Shown piece by piece: positions 56,823 to 64,000 of a stretch of 64,000 nt of DNA (the stretch's first letter is position 1; each line of letters begins with the position of its first letter). The stretch spans positions 5,133 through 69,132 of the forward strand of contig JBNMKO010000003.1 of NCBI GenBank assembly GCA_050874385.1, in the 5' to 3' direction. Position numbers and translations under genes: made by a program. The notes beneath the pieces were generated by a model, which was not told where the DNA came from, searched no databases, and saw only the letters and a program-made list of their open reading frames with translations. The stretch is from Eubacteriales bacterium. Its GTDB lineage: Bacteria > Bacillota > Clostridia > Lachnospirales > Lachnospiraceae.

Positions 56823-56851
56823 AGGGTATAGCTTAGTGCTATACCCTTTTT
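56823..56851 (+). terminator. intrinsic terminator after tRNA-Thr
   Basis: AGGGTATAGC-TTAGT-GCTATACCCT followed by TTTTT. Confidence 0.8.
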
Positions 56852-56914
56852 CTGTGCGCACAATAAGCTGAGTGCAATGCACTCGAGCATTTTAAATATG
56901 AGGAGAAAAAGATT

Positions 56915-58564
56915 ATGTATCTCAAACCAAAGCTGATAACGTGTATGAAAAACTACAGCTTTTCACAGTTCACCAAGGATTTGATTGCCGGTATCATAGT
57001 GGCAATTATCGCGCTGCCGCTTTCTATTGCGCTTGCACTTGCGTCGGGCGTTGGGCCGGAGCAGGGACTTTACACTGCGATAGTTGCAGGTTTTGTAATC
57101 TCACTTCTTGGCGGAAGCCGCGTTCAGATTGCCGGGCCGACCGCAGCGTTCGCTTCGATAGTTGCGGGAATTGTGGCAAGAAACGGTATGGACGGACTTG
57201 TTCTTGCGACTATTCTTGCCGGTATTATTTTGATACTTATGGGTGTATTCAAGCTTGGAGCACTCATAAAGTTTATTCCGTTTACGATTACAACGGGCTT
57301 TACATTCGGTATTGCCATGACAATCGCCATCGGACAGCTTAAAGATTTTCTTGGACTTACCTTTGTAAATTCACCTATTGAGACTATGGACAAGCTTTTG
57401 GAGGTGATAAGATGTATAGGAACCTTCAACTGGCAGGCGTTTGTTGTAGGACTTGTATGTCTTGCGATACTTATATTCTGGCCTAAGAAGCTCGAGAAAA
57501 TTCCAGCTTCGCTTATCGCCGTGGTTGTGGGGGCAGCCATGGTTGCACTTCTTAAAATGGATGTAAAGACAATCGGAGATTTGTATGATATATCATCTGC
57601 ACCACCTAAGTTTGCGCTTCCTTCATTCTCATTTGAGAAGATGTCCGCTGTCGCGTCGGATGCGTTTACAATAGCTATTCTTGCCGCAATAGAGTCGCTT
57701 CTCTCATGTGTTGTAGCCGATGGAATGATTGGAAGCAAGCACAATTCCAATATGGAGCTTGTGGCGCAGGGTGCAGGAAACATTGCGTCGGCACTCTTTG
57801 GAGGTATTCCGGCGACGGGAGCGATTGCAAGAACTGCTGCCAACATAAAGAACGGCGGACGCACACCTGTTGCGGGAATGGTTCACGCTGTCGTGCTTTT
57901 GCTTATACTCGTGTCACTCATGCCGCTTGCGAAGCTTATTCCAATGCCAGCCATCGCAGCTATACTTTTCATGGTGGCGTACAATATGAGTGGATGGAGA
58001 ACATTTGTTCATCTCGTGAAGACATCGCCTAAGAGCGATACAATAGTTCTCTTTGTGACATTTATTTTTACGGTTGTGTTCGACCTCGTTGTGGCAATCG
58101 GTGTAGGACTTGCGCTCGCATGCGTGCTCTTTATGAAGAGAATGTCAGAGGTTACGGATGTCCACGGCTGGGTATATTTAGACGAGGACAACAGGACTGC
58201 CGAAAATGTGGACAACCTTCATTTTAAGAATGTGCCAAAGGGCGTTCAGGTATTCGAGATTACGGGGCCTATGTTCTTTGCGGCGACGGAGAAGTTCGGA
58301 AATCTGCTTTTTGACAATTCCACCAAGGTTCTGATAATCAGAATGAGAAGCGTTCCTGCCATAGATGCCACGGGAGTGCAGGCAATCGAGAAGATTATTG
58401 CAAGATGTAAGAAAAATGGCACCAAGGTTATCTTTTCACATGTAAATGAACAGCCTATGAAGATACTCAAAAAATCAGGTATCTATGAGGAGCTTGGAGA
58501 GGAGTCATTCTGTGCAAATATTGACGATGCCCTTTTAGAGAGTGAGGAACTTATCAAAAGATAA
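56915..58564 (+). CDS. SulP family inorganic anion transporter with C-terminal STAS domain
   Basis: 549 aa. Sulfate_transp core (about 11 TM) and a STAS segment (VLIIRMRSVPAIDATGVQAIEKII). Confidence 0.9.
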   Translation: MYLKPKLITCMKNYSFSQFTKDLIAGIIVAIIALPLSIALALASGVGPEQGLYTAIVAGFVISLLGGSRVQIAGPTAAFASIVAGIVARNGMDGLVLATILAGIILILMGVFKLGALIKFIPFTITTGFTFGIAMTIAIGQLKDFLGLTFVNSPIETMDKLLEVIRCIGTFNWQAFVVGLVCLAILIFWPKKLEKIPASLIAVVVGAAMVALLKMDVKTIGDLYDISSAPPKFALPSFSFEKMSAVASDAFTIAILAAIESLLSCVVADGMIGSKHNSNMELVAQGAGNIASALFGGIPATGAIARTAANIKNGGRTPVAGMVHAVVLLLILVSLMPLAKLIPMPAIAAILFMVAYNMSGWRTFVHLVKTSPKSDTIVLFVTFIFTVVFDLVVAIGVGLALACVLFMKRMSEVTDVHGWVYLDEDNRTAENVDNLHFKNVPKGVQVFEITGPMFFAATEKFGNLLFDNSTKVLIIRMRSVPAIDATGVQAIEKIIARCKKNGTKVIFSHVNEQPMKILKKSGIYEELGEESFCANIDDALLESEELIKR

Positions 58565-58569
58565 ATAGC

Positions 58570-58599
58570 TTGACAGACGCTTTGTATGCGATATATAAT
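58570..58599 (+). promoter_or_regulatory. candidate promoter immediately after the SulP stop
   Basis: -35 TTGACA (58570-75), 18-nt spacer, -10 TATAAT (58594-99). Confidence 0.4.
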
Positions 58600-58627
58600 T
58601 TGTATGAAGCGTACCATTATGCCTAGT

Positions 58628-58660
58628 ACGCAACTGTGATTACCACGGTTGCGTATTTTT
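58628..58660 (+). terminator. terminator hairpin (SulP terminator, or the end of a short leader or sRNA)
   Basis: ACGCAAC (58628-34) / GTTGCGT (58648-54) then ATTTTT. An upstream alternative hairpin GCGTAC/GTACGC shares the ACGC bases. Confidence 0.6.
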
Positions 58661-58743
58661 ACATCATTGTGAAAAAATGAATGAAATTATGGAGTAACTT
58701 TTGAGGGTTTATTGATTAAATCTGACAACGAGAGGTGTTTTAT

Positions 58744-59124
58744 ATGTTCCAGATTGATATTATGTCGCGTGTTCCTGTCTACGAGCAGCTTATACGCCAG
58801 ACGGAGAAGTTCATATTGCTCGGTGTTCTAAAGGAGGGGGATAAGCTGCCAAGTGTGAGGCAGCTTTCAGCCGAACTGTCAATCAACCCGAATACCATAC
58901 AGAAGGCATTTACCGAGCTCGACAGAAGAGGAATAATCTTTTCTGTGAATGGAAGGGGCAATTTTGTGTCCGACAAGGCTCTAAAGGCGCTTGAAGCGTC
59001 AAGGCGTTCTGCGTTTAACGATATAAAAGAACAGATTAAGGATTTTGCTCTTGCGGGGATATCCAGACAGGAGCTTCACGAGTATATTGATGAGATTTAT
59101 AACGAAATGGGGGAAAAGGCATGA
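58744..59124 (+). CDS. GntR family (YtrA-like) transcriptional regulator
   Basis: About 126 aa. PVYEQLIRQ and LPSVRQLSAELSINPNTIQKAFTELDRRG winged HTH. Confidence 0.85.
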   Translation: MFQIDIMSRVPVYEQLIRQTEKFILLGVLKEGDKLPSVRQLSAELSINPNTIQKAFTELDRRGIIFSVNGRGNFVSDKALKALEASRRSAFNDIKEQIKDFALAGISRQELHEYIDEIYNEMGEKA

Positions 59125-60032
59125 TTGAGGCTAAGAATATAAGCAAGAGCTTCGATGGCTTTTGCGCGCTTGATGATATAAGTTGTGTAATCCCTGATGG
59201 ATGTATATATGGACTTGTAGGGACAAACGGTGCCGGAAAGTCGACTTTGCTGAGGATAATGACGGGTGTCTATAAGCAGGATAAGGGCGAGCTTACATAC
59301 GACGGGCGGCCAGTCTATGAAAATTCGATGGTCAAGAAGGATATAGTCTATGTGCCGGATGAGCTGTATTTTCTTCCGGGAGCTAATTTAAACCGCATGG
59401 CAAAGCTGTATGCCGCCGCATATCCCGGTTTTGACAGGGAAAAATTTGTAAAGTTCACCGAGGATTTGAGGCTTGACAGAAAGAAGAGCATTGCGGCTTT
59501 TTCAAAGGGAATGAAAAGGCAGGCTGCGATTGTGCTTGCTCTCTCGTGCTGTCCTAAGTATATGTTTTTTGATGAGACATTTGACGGGCTTGACCCGGTG
59601 ATGAGAAATCTGATAAAAGCCATAATATGTCAGGAGGTCGAACAGCGCCGAGCGGTGGCTGTCATCACATCACACTCGCTCAGGGAGCTTGAGGACACAT
59701 GTGACCAGCTTGCTCTTTTACATAAGGGAGGAATTGTGCTTGAGAGCGAGCTCTCAGACCTAAAGACCAATATGTTCAAGGTTCAGACGGCATTTCTTGA
59801 CGACTATGACAGGAGCAGGTTTGATGGAATTGACATTTTGCATTTTACAAAGAGAGGGTCTGTCTCTAATATAATTGTCAGAGGCGACAGGGAGGAAATA
59901 GTGGCACGTTTTAATTCGCTCCGTCCGGTTATACTTGACATTTTGCCGCTCACGCTTGAGGAAGTGTTCACATATGAGGTTGAGGCTCTAGGATATGACT
60001 TCTCGGCAATGTTTGAGGGGGAGGTGGATTGA
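59121..60032 (+). CDS. ABC transporter ATP-binding protein
   Basis: Walker A GTNGAGKST, signature FSKGMKRQ, Walker B MFFDETFDGLD, H-loop TSH. ATGA overlap with the GntR gene. Confidence 0.9.
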   Translation: MIEAKNISKSFDGFCALDDISCVIPDGCIYGLVGTNGAGKSTLLRIMTGVYKQDKGELTYDGRPVYENSMVKKDIVYVPDELYFLPGANLNRMAKLYAAAYPGFDREKFVKFTEDLRLDRKKSIAAFSKGMKRQAAIVLALSCCPKYMFFDETFDGLDPVMRNLIKAIICQEVEQRRAVAVITSHSLRELEDTCDQLALLHKGGIVLESELSDLKTNMFKVQTAFLDDYDRSRFDGIDILHFTKRGSVSNIIVRGDREEIVARFNSLRPVILDILPLTLEEVFTYEVEALGYDFSAMFEGEVD

Positions 60033-60034
60033 AG

Positions 60035-62260
60035 ATGAAGGCGAAAAATCAGATATTCAGTGGAAGCTTGATGTGTGAAGCCATGAGGCAGGTTAAGCTG
60101 CCGGGGATAATAGGTGCGCTCTTGCTTTCAGGTGCGGCTTTTTTCTCTACGATAATAAGACTTTTTGAGGCGAGGGAATTTGGCACAACTTTGGTTTCTT
60201 ACGATTTTATGAATGTCGATTCATATATAATGTTTGTGATGTATGTGTTTGCGCCGCTCATGGTCATGATGCTGTTCGGTTTTATGAACAGGAGAAGGGC
60301 GAGCGATTTCTATCATTCACTGTCATACTCAAGAATATGTATTTACATGAGCTTTATGGCAGCGGTTATTTTGTGGTGTGCCATAATCATAGTGTCGTGC
60401 AGCCTTGTGCCTGTGGTTATCACGGCGTTTTCGCACAGTTTGCAGCTTGATTTTAAAAGTGCAGTGTTTATAGTTGTTAGTGCCATGGCAGGCTGCATAC
60501 TGACCGCATCCGTGACGGCGCTTGCGATGACGCTCACGGGAACATATCTCACCAATGTGATTACGGCGCTTTTGATTTTGTTTGTGCCAAGAGGGATAAT
60601 GCTTGTATGCAATATGTTGTTCAGTACGGCGATGCCTTTTGTCGTTCTCACTGAAAATACATTTCTTGGAAATGAGAGCAACATCCCGTTTGCATTTATC
60701 GCGTCGGTGTTCGGATATTATGAAATCGGCAGCATGGAGATGTTAAACTCCATAAAGCCGGCACTGTATTCCATAATCCTTGGACTTATATATGCGTCGG
60801 TAGGCGCGGTGTGCTTTGTAAAAAGAAAGAGCGAGAATGCGACACAGGCATCTGTGAACAGGGGACTTCAAAGTATTTTGAGAATGATTCCTGCGATAGT
60901 GATATCGATGGTGGCAGTGTCCGTGCTTTTTGGGTCGCATACATCGGGAGAGAGCATAAGTGAGTCAAAACTTTTTGTCACGGCTATGGCGTATGTCGGT
61001 GCGACGGCGGCGTATTTTCTGTATGAGATTATAACTACAAGACGTGTGAGAAAAATATATAGGACAATTCCGGGACTTCTCATTGTGTTTGCGGTGAGTT
61101 TTGTGATGTATTTTTCTTTGAGATTTTCTTATGATTATAATCTGGCACAGACACCGGAGGCTGATGAATTGGAGTACGTTGTTGTCCACGGGCCTGATAA
61201 CAATGTTTTTTGGCAGGATACGCAGGATGTAAAGCTTTATTCGGAGGCGGCGAGGAGAGTGGCAAGTGACTGCCTAAAGGACACGATAAACAGGTGGGTC
61301 TACAACAGAAATGGTGCGAAGGGCTTTTACAACCAGTTTTACACCGGAAACATGGTGGTTGAATATCACTATGCGGATGGAAAGAGCATAGCAAGAAAAG
61401 TTATTGTAAATGATACAAGATATGCCCAGCTTCAAAGGGCACTGACAAGTGAGAGTGGTTTTGCATCGAACTTCGGAAAAAGTGTTTTTGCCTCAGACAA
61501 TGCCTCAGACAATATAAGATATTTTATAGGTGCTTTAGATGCCGACAACGACATGACAAGACAGGTATACGAGACATTTATCGAGGAGATAAAGGAAAAT
61601 GGCATTTCAAAGCTTTTTGAGATTATAGATAACAGAAAAAGCGATGACAGCCTGTTTCAGATAACATTCGAGGCAAATCGGGGAAGTATGTATTCCACCG
61701 CTTATATCGGAATTGATATGCCGCGCACGCTGACTGCATATATGAATGCACTCAATAAGCAGCAGAAGTATGGCAGCAATGGATGCAAGCGATTTACGGA
61801 TGCGTTTGAACTGGTGAAGGAAAGCGCAGAAAATGAGCAGAACACAGAAGGTTCATATTTTAGATGTTCAATAGATTTTAATCTGTACACAATTCTGCCG
61901 GATGGCACGCTTGAGAGAAGTGACGCATACGGCTATGCTTATGATGACGGTGAATATGTGACATTGCCGTCTGACGAAAGTGCTTCTTACATTTCGGAAC
62001 TTGGAAAGATGTTAAATGTCAGACATATAACTCTGTCAGATATAAAGCCGGGAAATATGCTTTTGTATGTTCAGTGCTACGAGGAGAGGACGGCGATAAG
62101 TGTTGGTTATGATAGTGCAGCTGATTACAGTGTTGATTTATCTTATGCGTCAAATGCGACAGAGTACTATTCGGATTTTGGCTGGTATGTAGTCGATGAG
62201 AGAGTGATGTATTTGATGAAGAAAATTTCAAGCGATACAGTTATCAGCATTGAAAAATAA
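60035..62260 (+). CDS. large membrane protein: N-terminal ABC-2-like multi-TM region plus about 370-aa C-terminal soluble domain of unknown function
   Basis: About 741 aa. 8-10 TM within the first about 365 aa. The remainder is hydrophilic with no motif I recognise. Overlaps the ATPase gene stop. Confidence 0.6.
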   Translation: MKAKNQIFSGSLMCEAMRQVKLPGIIGALLLSGAAFFSTIIRLFEAREFGTTLVSYDFMNVDSYIMFVMYVFAPLMVMMLFGFMNRRRASDFYHSLSYSRICIYMSFMAAVILWCAIIIVSCSLVPVVITAFSHSLQLDFKSAVFIVVSAMAGCILTASVTALAMTLTGTYLTNVITALLILFVPRGIMLVCNMLFSTAMPFVVLTENTFLGNESNIPFAFIASVFGYYEIGSMEMLNSIKPALYSIILGLIYASVGAVCFVKRKSENATQASVNRGLQSILRMIPAIVISMVAVSVLFGSHTSGESISESKLFVTAMAYVGATAAYFLYEIITTRRVRKIYRTIPGLLIVFAVSFVMYFSLRFSYDYNLAQTPEADELEYVVVHGPDNNVFWQDTQDVKLYSEAARRVASDCLKDTINRWVYNRNGAKGFYNQFYTGNMVVEYHYADGKSIARKVIVNDTRYAQLQRALTSESGFASNFGKSVFASDNASDNIRYFIGALDADNDMTRQVYETFIEEIKENGISKLFEIIDNRKSDDSLFQITFEANRGSMYSTAYIGIDMPRTLTAYMNALNKQQKYGSNGCKRFTDAFELVKESAENEQNTEGSYFRCSIDFNLYTILPDGTLERSDAYGYAYDDGEYVTLPSDESASYISELGKMLNVRHITLSDIKPGNMLLYVQCYEERTAISVGYDSAADYSVDLSYASNATEYYSDFGWYVVDERVMYLMKKISSDTVISIEK

Positions 62261-62482
62261 AATACTCTTTCATATATTGTAATTTTATGTTAAAATATGG
62301 TCGAATGCGGATAATATATTTGCAGGCGGCCATTTTTTTGTATAATTTTGAAAAAAACGCTTTATTATACTTAAAATGAATTATTGAAACAACAGATGTG
62401 TCGAACATTCGGACTTATTTATGGAAGCGGAGGCGGAAACACAGATTGTAAATGGATTGAAAAAGGAGATGTACGGTTATCA

Positions 62483-62938
62483 ATGGTGGATAAGAGAAAA
62501 AATGTGGTATTTGATGATACTCCAAGAATATGCCCGAAATGTGGCGGCAAGTATATATTTCAGGGTGCGGGAAGATATGTTTGCGAGAAGTGCAAGAATG
62601 AGGTTTACGACGATTTTGGAAAGGTAAAGGCTTATGTTGACGAGCATGGACCAACGCCGGGAATTGTCTTAGCAGAGGTGACAGGAGTTCCAATCTCAAA
62701 AATCAATAAATTTTTGAGACAGGGCAGGATGGAAATTCCTGATGGTTCCGGGCAGTATATTCCATGCGAGAGATGCGGAGAGCCAATCAGATACGGACGA
62801 TTTTGTCCGGCTTGTGCGGCGTTTCTCACCAAAAATCTTTCAACGGTGCTCACAAGTGCCGATATAGGTGAGAAGCCTAAGCGTGAGATGATGGGTAAGA
62901 TGCACACGGATGCTTTCCTGAGAAAGGGTGAAAGGTAA
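62483..62938 (+). CDS. zinc-ribbon protein resembling the flagellar-operon protein YvyF (TIGR03826-like)
   Basis: CPKCGG..CEKC N-terminal ribbon, central HTH-like segment (VTGVPISKINKFLRQGRM), then CERCGEPIRYGRFCPAC, as I recall for YvyF. The ATG at 62483 is chosen over the listed upstream start. Confidence 0.5.
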   Translation: MVDKRKNVVFDDTPRICPKCGGKYIFQGAGRYVCEKCKNEVYDDFGKVKAYVDEHGPTPGIVLAEVTGVPISKINKFLRQGRMEIPDGSGQYIPCERCGEPIRYGRFCPACAAFLTKNLSTVLTSADIGEKPKREMMGKMHTDAFLRKGER

Positions 62939-63336
62939 TGGACAAGTTTGGAATTAAGATTAAGGGAATTGTGAAGAAGGATGACAAATTTCTCATTCTT
63001 CAAAAATGGTACGACGACAGGATTGCGGAGCCATACCAGTGGGAATTTATCGACGGGAATTTAGAGTGCGGCATTGCGCCGGATGCTTACGTTAAGCAGC
63101 TTGTGAGCGATGCGACGGGACTTGACGCTTATGTTGACGCTATACCATACACATGGACATATGAGTTAGGCGATGTGCAGGTTGTCGGCATAACATTTTT
63201 GTGTCATGTGGATTCGGATATCGTTATTCTGTCAGAAGATGTCAGCGATTTTAAGTGGGTGAGCGCATCCGAGCTTACAGAGTATATAGAAAATGAGAGT
63301 ATCTTAAATGACCTTAAAAATACAGGGATTATCTAG
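62938..63336 (+). CDS. NUDIX-fold protein with a degenerate Nudix box
   Basis: 132 aa. Fold-typical layout (GIVKKDDKFLILQK..WEFIDG...) but the REx2EE catalytic box is replaced by KQLVSDATG. Confidence 0.5.
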   Translation: MDKFGIKIKGIVKKDDKFLILQKWYDDRIAEPYQWEFIDGNLECGIAPDAYVKQLVSDATGLDAYVDAIPYTWTYELGDVQVVGITFLCHVDSDIVILSEDVSDFKWVSASELTEYIENESILNDLKNTGII

Positions 63337-63345
63337 GAGGATTTT

Positions 63346-64000
63346 ATGATTAACAAGCTTATTGCCAACATCAAAAAGACAAATGCACCTATAGTGGTCG
63401 GACTTGACCCGATGTTAAATTACATACCAAAACATGTTCAGGAGAAAGCTTTTTCGCAGTTTGGTGAGACCTTAGAGGGAGCTGCCGAGGCTATATGGCA
63501 GTTTAACAAGGAGATTATCGACAAGACGTATGATATCATTCCGGCTGTCAAGCCACAGATTGCGATGTACGAGCAGTTTGGAATACCGGGACTTGAGGCG
63601 TTTTCCCGCACTGTGAAGTATGCAAAGGAGAAGAACCTCGTGGTTATCGGCGATGTAAAGCGCGGTGACATCGGTTCAACATCGGCGGCTTACGCTGTTG
63701 CACATCTTGGAAAAGTTAGTGTCGGCTCTAAGACCTACAGCCCTTTTGATGAGGACTTTGCCACTGTCAACCCATATCTTGGTTCCGACGGAATTAAGCC
63801 TTTTATCGATGTGTGCAAGGGGCAGAAGAAGGGAATATTCATTCTTGTAAAGACTTCTAACCCTTCAAGCGGAGAGTTTCAGGACAGACTTATCGACGGA
63901 AGACCGCTATACGAGTGGGTTGGCGAGAAGGTTGCCGAGTGGGGTGCAGATTGCATGGGAGACGGCTACAGCTATGTAGGCGCTGTTGTCGGTGCGACAT
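63346..64000 (+). CDS. pyrF: orotidine 5-prime-phosphate decarboxylase, type 2 (3-prime end outside the window)
   Basis: ATG at 63346 after AGGAGG. Translation MINKLIANIKKTNAPIVVGLDP...VIGDVKRGDIGSTS...NPYLGSDG matches long-form PyrF. The frame is open to the window end and is not in the ORF track because it runs off the edge. Confidence 0.9.
   Translation, partial: MINKLIANIKKTNAPIVVGLDPMLNYIPKHVQEKAFSQFGETLEGAAEAIWQFNKEIIDKTYDIIPAVKPQIAMYEQFGIPGLEAFSRTVKYAKEKNLVVIGDVKRGDIGSTSAAYAVAHLGKVSVGSKTYSPFDEDFATVNPYLGSDGIKPFIDVCKGQKKGIFILVKTSNPSSGEFQDRLIDGRPLYEWVGEKVAEWGADCMGDGYSYVGAVVGAT

Noticed and set aside
56823-56851. GGGTATAGC/GCTATACCC hairpin after tRNA-Thr as another copy of the TGGGTATA dyad family.
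   Set aside because: The arms are separated by only 5 nt and followed by a T-run, so this is an ordinary intrinsic terminator. The similarity to the dyad arms is probably coincidental.
57124-57864. 246-aa minus-strand ORF within the SulP gene.
   Set aside because: It is antisense to a Gly/Ala/Ile-rich transporter core, and such frames stay open by composition.
1-64000. Searched for mobile elements, prophage, toxin-antitoxin, restriction-modification or known defence systems.
   Set aside because: No transposase, integrase, recombinase, phage structural, nuclease/helicase or methyltransferase-type ORFs were recognised. The AbrB-domain protein is fused to an XRE HTH and coupled to an ABC exporter rather than to a toxin.

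Overview
This 64-kb window looks like low-GC Firmicutes chromosome, probably a spore-forming Clostridia or Lachnospiraceae-type organism. That placement is inferred from gene content (sigH, a SleC-like cortex lytic enzyme, ECF S-components, T-box, preQ1 and TPP leaders), not from any search. Most genes are on the + strand. The housekeeping backbone is gltX (5-prime partial), hemW, araA, carAB, argS, a tRNA-Val/tRNA-Met cluster, ispF, the conserved cysE-cysS-mrnC-rlmB-sigH block, tRNA-Thr and pyrF (3-prime partial). Accessory modules sit between these. They include a BceRS/AB-like two-component plus ABC/FtsX module, an MCP, a MerR plus twin aldo/keto reductase unit, and a WYL-YjbR-GyrI-like operon. 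They also include XRE/AbrB-ABC and GntR-ABC export modules, two MATE pumps, an orphan Sfp-type PPTase, and CPBP-GT2-PAP2 envelope genes. I found no transposase, integrase, phage, CRISPR or recognisable defence genes. Seven items deserve a second look. (1) A catalytically degenerate ABC-ATPase-like gene is paired with a 529-aa polytopic membrane protein (48.5-50.8 kb). (2) A 124-bp tandem repeat built from TGGGTATA-N20-TATACCCA dyads lies between carB and a HAD gene, and related dyads sit upstream of the response-regulator operon. (3) A GATTGYRAATAT..TTGAY motif recurs in at least five 5-prime leader or intergenic regions. (4) An ORF is split by an in-frame TAG (34.5-35.1 kb). (5) There are unusual fusions: HAD-HAD with an Asn-rich linker, and Mrp/NBP35-HAD. 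(6) IspF carries a Cys-rich C-terminal tail. (7) REP-like repeats flank the queT terminator. All functional calls come from reading motifs in the supplied translations. No database search was run.
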